From: Ophelia neglecta
Lineage: Eukaryota
Assembly (NCBI GenBank): GCA_965285935.1
Contig: OZ260665.1
Span: 20,708,001-20,772,000, forward strand
Direction: 5' to 3'
DNA length: 64,000 nt
Each line of letters starts with the position of its first letter. Position 1 is the first letter of the stretch. A program made the translations under genes and the position numbers. Below the pieces are notes generated by a model, which was not told the origin of the DNA, searched no databases, and saw only the letters and a list, made by a program, of their open reading frames with translations. This document shows positions 12,472-26,137 of the stretch, piece by piece.

Positions 12472-15400
12472 TTATGGCATGCTGCTTGCATGATCATTTG
12501 ATGTTCCAACGTTCTCACACTCGTAGATTTCATTTTCGTTATTGATGAGTTCATTTTCAATTTCATTCTCTATTATGGCCGACGCTTCGAAGTTGGTGCT
12601 TCCAGACAATCGAGGAGAGCGCGTAGAACTTACAAGCCAGGTGTCCAGCTTAAGCAACCGGATGTATCCGTCGCGAAAGTGTCGGTTCGTGAGACCGTAT
12701 AGCACGAAGTTTAGGCTGGAATTTGTGTGGGCCAGCATAACAGTAAAAAGGTGGACTTCATGTGGCCAAGTGTCACTCTTGTCACTTGCTACAACTATCG
12801 CGTACGGACTCCAGCAAACTGCAAAAACAAAAAATATAGTAAACAGAGTACGAGCCAAACGCATTGACTCGGTCACCCGTTTGGTGGTAGCACTGTCACA
12901 TGCCTGGGTTATTCTGCGCTGGCTGGCCTTTACGTAAAGAAATATTTTTGCGTAGCAGATGGCGATCAAGGTCACAGGAAACGCTACGCCAACAACAGAA
13001 AAGAACACCGAGTAGCTGAAATCTGCCGTCCTGTCCCAAATACAGCTCTGGGTCTTCCGGTCGTACACGTGATCACCCCAGCCAATGAAATTCGGTACCT
13101 CGAGAAGAAAGCTCACTGACCATAGTCCTAGGCAAATCAGCAGGGTGTTCCTTGTAGTATATATTTTTCGATATGATTCGTGGTGACATATGTGAATATA
13201 GCGGTTGAAACTAATAGCGCCTATACTCAGCAGAGAACAAAAACAACTTGTAAGACACACACTGGCGATGACCTCACAGAGCATGTAACGGTCAAGGAAC
13301 CAAACTTCACCTCGGACCAACCCTGGAAACAAGAGAACATGTGTCGGTTCATAGGCTAAAGGCCCCCAGCATATATAAGGATATATTTATGTGTACTTTG
13401 AGTGCGAGTAAAACTAATATCTGTATTCCTTAAATGCCATATATTTTGATGTAAGACAGGGTATCATTCAGATTTTGTTAGAAAGCAAAAAGGGTAGACG
13501 CATATTATTACTCTTATATAGTTTAAAATGTTCATTTAATATTTGCAACTTTCTTTTATGCCACTAATATTCAAATTTAAATTCGCAATTTGCATATGAA
13601 ATGTTTGGGTTATTCAAACATGAGAGTTGATAAAAACTTGTCAATCTTGTTTGAGCTTTATTCAATGAAGCCACTACACATTATGTACAGAGACGTATTA
13701 AACGAGATGTCTTTTAAGTGAGATAACCTTATAATATTAACATTAAACAAATACCAGTCTATAGGATACCTGATTAAGATAAGGATATGCAATCTATATG
13801 TCAAAACAATAATCAGTAATAAAAATCAACCTACAATTTACTAAGAGTGAATAATCTCAATCTTCTACACCAATCTTCTTAACCATTTTTTTCCACATAT
13901 GAATTATATTGGGTAAATACAGGGAATAATTTTGCATTACTGCACATATTTTGTTGAACTGGAACCAGGATATTAAGTTTTAATGTATACGGATTCCTCA
14001 CATTTTTTTATGTTTTCCATGAAGAACTCATTTCCGATATCATTAGTACACAATAAGCAAAAGCTATGGCTCGATGGAATAAGTGGCTAAAATTGACCGC
14101 CTCCAACGATTGCCAGATAACTTCTTCCGGGGCGAAAACTTGAAAAAGTATTTAAGGTGCCATGTATTGCATACCACTTAGGCGAGGAATTTATAAAAAA
14201 TCATGGCAATTTTCTTTACGCCAAGTATGTTATATTTCTTTTCTTGTTGCAACATAAGCGACATGCTGTTGCATAATATCAACACAGGTTTGCAGTATTA
14301 GTGGAAAATAAAACTGGTGCTAAAAGCAATACTTTTATGTGTACGTGATATAACGCTTTCAAACTGTCTTACCAAAACTTGCCTTAATACTCATCAGTAC
14401 ACCTACTCTTCGGTCGCTAAAAAATAGTTCGTACTGTCAATCATTCATATTTGACCAGTAAAAACGTGTCTTCCCCTTGTAAATCTTGTTGTTTTACATT
14501 AGTACAAATCAAACGTAAGTAACATTTGTCAGCATCGATGGTAACAGTCAAGTCACGTTATCGGGTATAATGTCTTTACTCGGCATCGCATGCAGATTTT
14601 TAGGTCATGTTATTTTTATTCGACATAGATAAAGTGGAATATTAGTAATCAAGTGTTAAAAAAACAATGTTTATTGACTTGATTGTGCCTTTGTGGATGC
14701 ACGGTATAGAATTATCAATAGATATATTTAGACCTCCCGCAATGCTAAGGACGGTATTTCGTCAAATTTGTTAAGATGCAAGAAACATCTTGTTAAGGAA
14801 GAATATATAGATTTCTAAAATCGACTCACCTATAATACCGAATGGATCGACGAAAGCTGTGACGCATATGTCCGCGCAGGCCAGGTTGACTATAAATATG
14901 TTACATGTTGTCTTCAAATGCTGTAAAATAAAAGCTTTCTATTTTGCCAATATTGGATAAAAAAAATGCCTGAATATGGATGTCGAAAACCCATGGGCAT
15001 GTGAGAGTGAGACTATGTAAGCGGCCACTTGACAAAATGAACATGCGCGCTTTTTCAGTGTTGTACTTAAAAATCACAAGCCTGGGAACTTACCTCTTGT
15101 TTCTATTTGGTTACAATGTATTAAATGTGATGCTCATTTAGTAAGTAAAGGAGATAGTAGAAACTTTCATTAAAGTACCATTTCTTAGTATTGCTGATTA
15201 TTTATGCTCGACTTAAAGGGTTATTTGAAATTAATTTTTTGTTTTATGCGCCATGTATTTACTTCTTGGTGTTTTCTTTGTTTTCAAATATGCTACATAT
15301 CTTAACAGATTTATGTGTTTGTCATTGGCTGGACCCAACAGACTAAACGTGCTAAATAGAAGTGACTAGTTGGATTACAATACTCTCTCTGATTCTGAGC

Positions 15401-16420
15401 CTCATAATTAGAAGGCCACCACCTGTGATTTGTTATTCCCTTTGCACTTGCAGATTCCACAATATAGAAAACATACCTTATGCTTACGCTTGTTAGTCAT
15501 ATGTGGTTCTGCCAGGCTCATATAGGTCAAGCGCAATAAGTAAACCGATTCCTGGTACGGTAGGCACCATGTAGCGATTACAATTATAAGAAGATGCCCT
15601 ACGTTGCCCTAGGCTGCGATTTTCCAGTAAATGCCTTGCACGCAGTGCCAGTATATACAAAGATTAAATGAATAATGTACCATACCTAGCTTTGCGTGAT
15701 ACTGGAAATAATATATATATGGGGCTTTGAGGTTTGGTTTTCTTCCTTAATGTGTAGAAAATGCCCTGGCTGAAACTGGGCCAAGGCGGGCTAGATAATC
15801 AACACAGCCTACGAATAACATTGGTTTTAAAATATTTTTTCTTGGGATTAACCAGGTGGCGCGGGGCTAATCTATTGGCCACTCATAAGAACATTACTCC
15901 TGGTTACATTGATAGATTTCTTAACACATAGTTGGATATGAGAGAATCAAATGAACGGATCGTCTGCTATGTCTCGTCTGTCTTGCAACAATTTTAAACC
16001 ATAGACTCGTGACCGATTTATCTAACCTGTTGAGCTACCAACATGCCAAAGTAAAGTAATAAATTAAATAAACTTTCTAACGTTGGGCCCTTCGGAGTAA
16101 AAATAACAAATAACTAGTTTTTATTTATTATAAAGTTATCTTGCTCGGTGAAGGTGTTTGCAAATCTCGATAGACTTCTCTGTGACTGGATAATTCACTT
16201 TTGTCTGCAAAAAGCATTACGACTAAGAGAAATGAATATGACTATATTCTCTTACCTTGTCGATGAAGACTGCACCTATGACCATGATGTTTCCCACTGT
16301 TCCAAGGAGACAAGCAGTAGAGATGACTGTCAGGTATGGGATGGCAATAAGAGGGTGATGGTGGAGAAAATCCGCACCAGCCTTGCTGGACACATTTTCA
16401 AACATATAACGGAAGTCCAT
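12472..16420 (-). CDS. Class A GPCR, melatonin-receptor-like (copy A), 3 coding exons, 368 aa
   Basis: Exons 16420-16256, 14920-14830, 13322-12472 (GT-AG, phases 0 and 1), with accATGG start context. Motifs: TM1 GN, TM2 NLACAD, TM3 NRYIHICH (NRY..ICH as in melatonin receptors), TM6 CWSPY, TM7 NSSLNFVLYG (NxxxY without Pro). Confidence 0.92.
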
Positions 16421-18363
16421 GGTTTCTAGAAGTCTTTTAACAAAGTTTCGTAACTTGTCAACTTGTACTTCCAAAAGAAAACTGTGGTAAATTAAATTCG
16501 TATCTTTGTGATAATGTTCGCAGTTGTTAAATTATGCTAACCGCGGATCTTGGCAGATGATGGCGATCTCATTAAAAGGTTAAAATGAACCTTTCTGGCG
16601 TATACATATATGTTAAGTTTCAGCTCAAGATTGAAGATCGGTGTTGAAAACCATTTCTTTTGTTAACAATTACAAAATAATACCATGCTTCCAGTTAGAT
16701 AAGTTGAATCAATTGTATCATTCAGATTCAGTCTGTTTTTGCCAAACAAAACTTGTTTTCGTGGTCTTTAGCTTGTGAGGTATGTGGTTGATATTGTAAG
16801 ACGCGAGGTAGCATGTCTTCTCGGCCCCTCACTTGGTGTAAAGTCAGAGCAAGTGTGACTAAATCGGATATTTTCATGCGTGCTCTGTGTGCTTAAAGTC
16901 TCATAATGGCCCAAGATGGCAACTAGCTCAACAGGCTGTTTGTCCTTAAACCACATTAGGTGGCATTTCAGTTGATTTGTTCAGGTTTAACTAATGGGTT
17001 AAGAAGCTGACAAATTGTTCACCTCTATCACGGCTTGATTCAAACCAAATTACAAACGATGCTGAAAATACGAAGTGATATGAGAAATCCCTTCTTGAGC
17101 CATCGCATGATGTCCGGAATAGAAATTACCGATGCTAATTGTAACGACGAATGTCTTCTTCATAGCAAGTTACAACACAAATAAATTCAAAGTACTGTAT
17201 TTTCAATGTTTGCTAGTCAACAAGCGATAATTATCGTTTCTGTGTAGTTGTACCTTAAACTATTTGGAAATGACATGTGGTACTGTCTATACCTGAATCT
17301 TAACTGCACAATCCATCTTCATAATTCGTGATCCTTTCGTTGCTACATTTACGGTCCAACTATGATTAAACTTCATTCATGAAACATCTTATGTGTAAAT
17401 CAAGCGTTTATGCTTTTTGTTCCTGCTATGTTTCCATTTCGACACATTGGTAAAAAAAGATTTGAATACACAAAATATTGCCATGTTTAATCAAGTCACG
17501 AGGTATTGGTTATCTGAAGCCAATCATCAGACACAGCACATTTGAATCGCGGATACTGTCTTGCTCCCGACTGCCTATGCTCGCCTGCCAGTGTCGTCTG
17601 GCCGTAATGGTGATACAAGCCGACGAGCGACACGCGGGGCGTTGCTAGGACGCGCGTTGCTTACTTAGTCGAATAATCAAGCCTACGCTTCATATATTAA
17701 GTTAATGTCGTCCAACTAATGTTATATTATTCGCCGATATTATTATTTGGCGCCAAGTTTATCAAGAATAGAATAACTTGAATATGACTACAGATGTCTA
17801 TCCAACAAAACAAAATATTCCATGTGCCATACAGTTAGATATGTCTCATTCAGTTTGGTTTAAAACATAAAACATTATGCGTGCTCTGTTCATAATAAGG
17901 CAGCACTATTGATTTTGAACGGATTTTGCCTTATATCTTCAGATTAGTTATATTCAAGTGAAAACAACACCCGCGGGGTGCGCATTATTTATGCTTGAAA
18001 TAAATTTGTGTGGGATAGAAAGACGATTAACTTCTGCGAGGCACTGACAGGTGAACATTCACCATTGAGGCAGCAGTTAGACCCGGAATAATAGTATTAG
18101 ACCTCCTACAGGAGGAATACTTAATGTTTTATTTTTATTTTACTAAATTTTGAAATACGGAGAAGCATGGGTCGAGCATGGCATGAAGGTGCGGTGCGAG
18201 GACGCGGCTGGGAGTGTAAAGCTGTTTGTTTTGCCAGTATAGGTAATTGATTATGATTGAATTTGTATTAAATGTGGTAGAACAAAGGAAAGTGAATCAC
18301 TCTCGAAAATAGCATTCCTTACTCGCCCCTTGATTTTTTTTATCTTGTCTCTTGCTTTTCGAC

Positions 18364-18450
18364 TACAGTGGTCCCTGCCAATTAGGGCCCCTCCAGTGAA
18401 GGGCCACCTGCGTTGGAAGGCCACTTTTTGAATTCCCATCCCCTATCTTT
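18364..18450. mobile_element. Fragment (one end) of a pogo/Tc1-like MITE
   Basis: TA-CAGTGGTCCCTG start followed by repeated AAGGGCCAC motifs. No matching right end found. Confidence 0.35.
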
Positions 18451-19258
18451 TCCATTAATTGACATTTTTGCTACGAGTGAACAAAAATAACCCGCTATCA
18501 TGGATTCCATCTTGCGTCTTATTGCAAGTGCTGTAACTTTTATGGTCAATTCAAGTTCAAGTTTATTCACTGTAGTAAGAGAGCCTAGATCAGAGTTTGG
18601 GACGGTGCGACTGCCAGTTCCTGATGAATTTGATTTCATTGACAATTTATTATGAACTATTTTCTACCGTCCTCGAGATAACAAATTCAATTTTTTAGAA
18701 TATATTAAGTTCTTGTTACTAGTTTATATTATTGACGAAATGATATCTTATCTTGTACTTACAGTAAACTTTTTACTTACTTACTGCCCTTACAATGTAT
18801 GGTTACAATTAAGTTTAGGCAACTTAACTCATTGGTTTCTTTCTGAGCAAATTTTCTTTGATAATGCATCCAAATTGCCAAGTAGTGTTCATTTCTCTGG
18901 GAAAAAGTTTATTGACATTTACTACAAAAAAGCGCAACATAACTTCTAAATGAATGAATAAATTAGAGTTTGTTTAAAAAGGCTATTATATTATTTTTTC
19001 AAAGCACGAATGTCTCTGCTATACCATAGGTGAATGTTACTTTTAACTTGGAATACAAAAAAATCGATGTCATGCCACATTAATTCTTCTGTATAAGAGT
19101 AAAAAGGGTCATCCGTCGTAGTCTATTCCGCGTTTCAATGATTCTGTTTCACCCTATGAATGTTGTTTCTTGTCACAGCTTGCTAAAATCATTATTATTT
19201 GATAAAATATGCAGCGATAAAAGGTAATAATCATGTTCTATGCAATACTGATGAATAA

Positions 19259-22008
19259 TTATAGCTGTGTGTCATTGTTACCACAGTTTTTCTCACATCT
19301 TTTAAATTTACATTTCATAATGGCCTGCGACTCGTGGTCTGCTCCGTCTATCATGCGCGGCTGGCATGTTGAACTGTTAAGACATTTTGCTAGATTTAAG
19401 CATCGAATGTATTCGTTTCGGAAGTGTCTGTTTGTGAGACCATACAGCACACAATTTAAACTTGAATTTGTATGTGCTAACAAAATAGCAAACATGTGAA
19501 TTTCTTCTACCCACGAGTCATCCATGTCACATGTTACTACTATTCCATACGGCGTCCAACAGATGGCAAACACGACAAAAATAATAAAAAGTGTTTTGGC
19601 GAGGCGCATTGATTCATTCATAAGCCTGCTGGAAGCATTGCCGCGCGTCTGTGTTTTTCGTCGTTTTCTGACGTAGAGGAATAGTTTAGCGTAGCATATG
19701 GCGATTAATACCATAGGAAACGCCACGGCTACAACGACCACGAACACAGAGTAGCTTAAATATGCCGTCCTATCCCATATACAGCTCTGCGTCTTCCGGT
19801 CGTACACGTGATCACCCCAGCCAATGAAATTCGGTACCTCAAGAAGAAAGCTCACTGACCATAGCCCCAGGCAAATTAGCAGGGTGTTCCTTGTAGTGTA
19901 TATTCTCCGATATGAGTAGTTATGACAGATTTGAACATAGCGGTTGAAACTAATAGCGCCGATACTAAAGTGAGAACAAAAACAGCTTGTCGTGCATACA
20001 CTGGCGATGACCTCACAGAGGACGAAACGGTCAAGAAACCAAGCCTCACCCCGTACCACACCTGCAAAGAGAGACAGATAGAGAGAGAGAAAGGGACATG
20101 GCAAAGGAGGAGATGTTACTTTCATTCATTCACTTTCGAAAAGCGTAGCAAATGACCGGATAATGTGCAGAAATATGGACGAGTAAAGAAAATAATTAGT
20201 GTGACATACTAGACCCTACAATGTAGTCGGGCTTACTGTTTGGCATTAACACTATTAAAACTGTGAAGGGCAATCGACTTAGTACGGTGTCGGACACAGT
20301 TCTCCAAACCCACCATAGTATGAAAGGTGGTGGTTTCCTGGAGGTGTGGTTGGGGTAGAGGGCTTTAAAAGAACTCGATTTAAAGGACACAGACATGGTA
20401 CTTTCCTTAGTTTTATATGTAGGCAAAACGCAGATTAGGTGTTTATTCTTTATTAATGCTAATTAACCAATCCAACATAAATAAACCAGCTTCGTTTCAG
20501 TTTGAGAAAGTAATAGAGCATTTATTTTCCAATTTACATATTTATATATACTTCAATGTACTCCAATTAAAAGAATGTTATAATGATGCCACAAACTCAT
20601 TGAATTACTTTTCTCTAAAGACAGCTTTAGGCAGAGTGACAAATAAAAGGCAGTTGCGATTATATCAAAAACTCCTTTTAGGCTCCCTGGCTTTATGTAT
20701 AAAAAAAGCCTCCTTTTCAACCCAACTCACCTATAATACCGAACGGATCAACAAACGCTGTGACGCAAATGTCCGCGAAGGCCAGGTTGACGATGAATAT
20801 ATTACACGTTGTCTTCAGGTGCTGTAAAAAGGCAGTATTTTTCAAATGAATAAGTTACCAATAAGTCAATGACATCAATACATCAATATCCTAAAAGCCC
20901 CGATGGAAATTGACCCTTAAAGAAAAACGTACATATGAATTATAATGTTATTAATGGGATGTCATTTGTATATGTTGGGCTTTTTTAATAGCATCGAACC
21001 TTGGGAAGAGACCTTGGCGAGAGCAACATGTTAACAAATTTATGAGGGTCGTTCCCACAGCCTAGGCCGCTTGTAATGTTACTACCAGATTATATACTTG
21101 ATTTATAAACAGTCAAAAAGTTGTGCCTACAACAAATGGTCTTTTTGTTATAGCTATGGGAGAATGTGCTTGTTATTGAGTAAAAATAATCATCGTATAC
21201 TTTGTTTAACAGAATAGGCCAATTTGCATTGATATATGATTATTAAAGATACGGCACTACTTTGAATTTTTTCATACTGTATTGCTATGGCACTTAAAAG
21301 GACGTAATAAGACGAGTAAAAATGGCATGATATCATCTTATACGTAAAATAAAAATAAAATAAAAAGGTTCGATGCTATTAATAAAGCCCAACAAAATTT
21401 AGCAGGCACCTCGGGTGGCTATAATGTGTAATGAAATAATATAAAAGGCTCGCCTTATCGACATGATGACGATATATAGGTTCGAAGCGAATTATAAACA
21501 ATACGCGAACCACTGCAGACTGCAGGCAAAAAACTTAGTCTAGTTCGAGTCATCGAGCGCAAGCGCAGATACTTCGTTGATTGGTTAAATCTTTAATTTT
21601 CTTTTGTTTATGTTGCGCACGAATATAGAAAAATAATAATATGCGGTAGGAATGACGAACTATCGGACTATTTTCTTGTGCTTTTGACTTAGAAATATGA
21701 GATTCTATAGGGAAAGGGGTGTGTGTGTGTGTGGTGACGTGGGGCTGGGGTTTGGTACGTATTTCACATTAGTTATCATACGCGCTAGAGGAAGAGCTAT
21801 CTGGCAGCTTGTTTCATATAAATAATCTATCCAAATCAATTACCTTGTTGATACAAACCGCCAATATGACCAATACGTTTCCTACCGTTCCAAAGAGACA
21901 GGCCAAGACCATAACAGAAATGTATGGGATGGCAATATGCGGCTGGTGATGGAGGAAATTCGTACCAGCCTTGGCGGACATGTTCTCAAAGAGATAATGT
22001 AAGTCCAT
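19259..22008 (-). CDS. Class A GPCR, melatonin-receptor-like (copy B), 3 coding exons, 352 aa
   Basis: Exons 22008-21844, 20821-20731, 20061-19259, with the same exon sizes (165, 91 bp) and phases as copy A. Motifs NLAFAD, NRYVQICH, CWTPY, NSSLNCVLYG. Confidence 0.92.
20973..21394. mobile_element. Inverted-repeat element (probable MITE) in GPCR-B intron 1
   Basis: TGTTGGGCTTTTTTAATAGCATCGAACCTT (20973-21002) vs AAGGTTCGATGCTATTAATAAAGCCCAACA (21365-21394): 29/30 complementary. The TSD is not clear. Confidence 0.6.
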
Positions 22009-23595
22009 GGTTGTGCCAAGTAGATGAGTAAAGAAAATGGAAGTCCACAAGGAGCCTTTCTTTCAGGTGCAATCCGTTACAAGTCAATGCGGCTTGAAAA
22101 AGGCAATCAGACTCATGTCTACGGCGTTATTTTCTCCCCAGAGTTCTCTTTGTTTAAATATCAAAACAGGTGCCAGATGAAAATTCATGCATCTGATCCG
22201 TCCTACAAAATGAAATGAAATCTGAACATTTCACCATAAATAAACCAACAGTACATAAGATTATAGCCCTGTGAGACGACTAGCTATCGCACATGGCGAA
22301 GGAAAATACTCGCCACTTATCCGGCCGTTCATATATTGCTGGAAGTTGGTGATATGTACTGCACACGGCAAAGTATCATTCAAACCGGCCTTCTCGCTTT
22401 ATGATTTGTTCAACTTGGGTGTTTTTTTAATAACACATACAAAATCACATTTTCTCCTTATTCCGTGGCCTTATTCGAAATTCATTTCACATTCTGCCCT
22501 TATCTTCTTAAATGATATTTTGCACTCGCAATTGTCACGAACGGATCAGATATTTCCCATAGTAATTGAAATCCCGCTTTATGAAACTATTTCCACAATC
22601 AATTTATTTTGATTTCTATCAATTCAACAAAGTGGCTTGGTTGTTATTGTCTTGCTTCAATAAAAAATGGTAAAAATTTCCAAAACAGTAATTCGCTCGG
22701 CACAAGTGAATGTCGAAGCACTTCCAATTTCTCCGTTATTCAATTTCCATGTGTCATTCCATTGTGTATGTATGAACTATGGAAACGGAAATGACAGCAT
22801 GCATTCATTCAATAGCTTTATTATTTACCATAAATCTTCACGACAATCCCATAGCTCGGAAAAGCCGCCCACAACATCATTCTTGATCTGGCCTGTGTCA
22901 TTTGTGTTTCCAACAACATATATTGTTCTCTGTTCCTCTGTTTCCCTTCTGACACTGCAGAAATCAGCATTTTTTCCTGAAAAGATTGAAATAGCGGAGA
23001 ATGTTATAAGCGGCGGTGCGTTGCTTGTACCTTGAGCAAAAGCCAATATATCAGAAATTAATCATTCTAGCGCCGTTGTTTTGTCGCCGTTTCCATCAAA
23101 TTCCTAGCACACACTCTCCTGCCATCTAGTGACATCTGGCTTTTATTCCTTCGGCTCTCAGGCCATCGACTTGCGCAATGGTCAGCGAGATGGTCGCGCC
23201 CACTATCGCTCGAGTTTTGACCTAGGTCACGCTCTGTTTGGGCAGGTGTTTTCATCACAATGAAACTGTAGCCGGATGTTTAAGTCAGTTTGTATATGGT
23301 AGCGTCAAAACTCGTCTAAACGTATGCTGTGAGCCTACGTCGATGGTTATTAGTATTTCATTTCGTTTAAGCTAAGTGATCATATGCTGTTTAAGGCGTC
23401 TCCGCTGCTATTTGGGCTATCAGAGTTGCGCACATTCATGTTAGCTGTTATTTCTCATCAGAAACATCCTGTGTCCATAAAGCTTAAGAGCCCTAACGGC
23501 ATTCACTTTTTGCAAAGATATGCTGGACCATATAACATGTACTATACTACATGAATATTTGAACACATTGTATATATTTATATGTACCATGTGTC

Positions 23596-24188
23596 TGTTA
23601 CCGGGTGAGATTTACTATTTGGCTGTAGGAGAGTGTATTTTTCCGCTGCGCAAAATGTAGCAGACGATTCAGGTTAATTTATTTAGGCCTAGAGAAAAAT
23701 CACACCCGATCACTCGTGATCTGGGAGAAATCACACCCGGTCACTCGTGATCTGGGAGTGATAGAAAACAAATAAGGTAAGGTGCGAAGCGTTGCTAGGC
23801 AGGATCTAGAATGATTCTAGGGAAGTCGAGGAAACAGAAATCTATTGGTCAGACGAGTCCATCCTGTGGGCAAACAAACATTACGTAGATAGTTATAGAG
23901 CGTTGGTCGGGAGCGGGAGTCAGAGTTGGCCGGTAGAATTTGAAGTGTAAAGACGTCCCCGAACTATAGAGGAATAGTAAAGAGTTGGCCTCCGAGAAGC
24001 AAGGTGTAAGGACGTATCATAAATTCGAGCCTGTAGTGTGTACATTTAAAAGAGTGCAATAAAAACGGATTGTTAAGTTATTTTGAAGTTTGTTGTGAAA
24101 CCGTTACCCGCGCCTCTCAAGCCAAGCGAGTTGAAGTAATTGTGAATAACTAAAATCAAAAACAAAAAACTAAAACATAAAGGTTTCA
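23596..24188 (+). mobile_element. Solo LTR (Gypsy-like), 593 bp
   Basis: TGTTACC...GGTTTCA termini (TG..CA, imperfect inverted repeat), 4-bp TSD TGTC (23592-23595 and 24189-24192), AATAAA near 24058, and an internal ~30-bp direct repeat (ATCACACCCG.TCACTCGTGATCTGGGAG). Confidence 0.8.
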
Positions 24189-24528
24189 TGTCTATGGCCC
24201 GATCGTGTAGCATGTAATAACATACTGATTAACTAATCAGTACAAATAATGATTTAGTCGTTATGTAAGGGATGAATCAGTTACCTGTGAGAAAGCGCAG
24301 AACTGCCAATAAATATTACATGTACAGAAACGCAAGGGGGTTGGTTAACGATAACATCGTCGATATTTCCAGAGGGTCCTGTTTAATTATAAGGATATCA
24401 TTTGTAAGTGAACCTGTATCAGGAGAAAGGCAGAGGACAATTTTTTTCAAAATGTATTGTAATTTCACTCAGAACGAATAGGTTACCCACATAGCCTTGC
24501 GAAAAGACACTATAAGATTTCATACCTG

Positions 24529-24555
24529 ATATATATATATATATATATATATATA
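24529..24555. repeat. (AT)n microsatellite
   Basis: Direct reading. Confidence 0.95.
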
Positions 24556-26137
24556 ATCAGTGTCTTTGTTTGTGGTTAATTCCCGCCTCCAAAATATATT
24601 GTGTAATTATCACTATGGAAGAAAGAACTTGTAAATGATCGTGAAAGCCTATTGTTAGCGCTGACATTAAGGTTTCACGTTGTACGAGCGTGCTTGCTAA
24701 ATCATGGAAGGACTATTCTACGCCATTATGTACCTACGTGCTAAGATAAAAACTAACTCTATTTTTATGTGATTGCCTCACATCATAGAAAACGGTGTGT
24801 CGCTAGTCAATGCCTTGTTATAGTATCTAATTATATACTAACATGGAATTGGGTCCAGGACAATATGTGAGAAGACGGTTATAGAATTGTGTAGACGACG
24901 ATAACCAACTATTGATCCAAAGATGAAAAGCCTCAGCAAACTCAAAGCAATAGACCCGGGCGATTGTGTGCTCCCGCAGGGCGTCGGCAGCGATATTACA
25001 GATGGCATACATATCTTCCATAATCATAGGAAGATATTCACCATACGTTGTCTACGTATTTGGAAGAACCGTTGATAAAATAAAAACTACATGCTAACGC
25101 GCCTAGAAAGAGGAACTTTTGTTTAGGTTGCTAAGAAATGGACGAAAATTGAGTTTGATGAGTTATAAGGCTAGACACTGTAATGAATTCGGAGCCATTA
25201 GGGAACCGTTGGAGCGCACTATCTACGCACCTATCTTGTAAAACTCTTCCCCAAAACCTCTTCCAAACATTGACAATTATCACATCTAGCTAGCCATTTG
25301 AAAGAAGGAACTCCCTTGGGTTTTTGAGTGCTTTAGGCAGACATCCATGGAATAAACATGTGGCATCTGCCCACGAACAAGTCACGTATTCCTTACTTAC
25401 CCGATCATTCAAACAGTCGAGCACATATGTTTTCGGGCAGCGCATTGCCAGATATAAGGACGGAAAAAAACCTGATGATTGCATGACTTACTTTGCGTGT
25501 TTTTAAAATTTGAAAGGTCTGCCAGGTTATGCGCAATAAAGACCAAGCCATATTGAACGTGTGGATGACGCCGACCTAACTCTACATTAATTATCCTAGA
25601 CTGCCTTTGATCTACAAACGCCATTTCTCATAACGACTACGAGGCAGACTGTTCAAGACAACGCCATGTGCTCACCAAAAACATCAAGTGAAAAAAAGGA
25701 GAATGTTCTATTTTGAACGCAGCCATAAGGTTTCTCCAATGGCAGTTTTGAATCGTTGTCATTGGCTAATATTGGCGTTTTTACCCCCATTTTTTACCCC
25801 ACGAATGGCGCCAAGCTGATGTACCCCCTTCAATCAAATCGGCCACTGAAATGCCGCCGACCCTGGTGAAGTACACTTTTTGAAATAAAAACCTGAAAAG
25901 TGTACAAAAGGAAATGAATCAAGAATATATATCAAATACACAAGCCAATTTTCTAGCACAAACCGTCAATTACAGAACAAGAAACAAATGTTTCTTTAAA
26001 TAAGGTTATCTGGGATGGAATGGGTATAAAAACAGCTGATAGTTCTCTCTTATAAAGACGTATATGTATATATATAAACCACACTCAATATTTCATTATA
26101 GACGTCCTCTTGAAATTATACATAGTTTTCTGATTAC

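Noticed and set aside
12542-12937. Plus-strand ORFs overlapping GPCR or DHRS11 exons (also 7206-7601, 19233-19499, 20456-20827)
   Set aside because: These are antisense shadows of real coding exons.
12472-13322. Opsin identity for the GPCRs
   Set aside because: TM7 has His (LAHTNSS) where opsins have the retinal-binding Lys; NRY..ICH and the Pro-less NxxxY fit melatonin-receptor-like proteins.
24827-25700. Retroelement RNase H remnant (NIAADAL) or GPCR exon 1 remnant (IPYL)
   Set aside because: Single short motifs with no colinear support.
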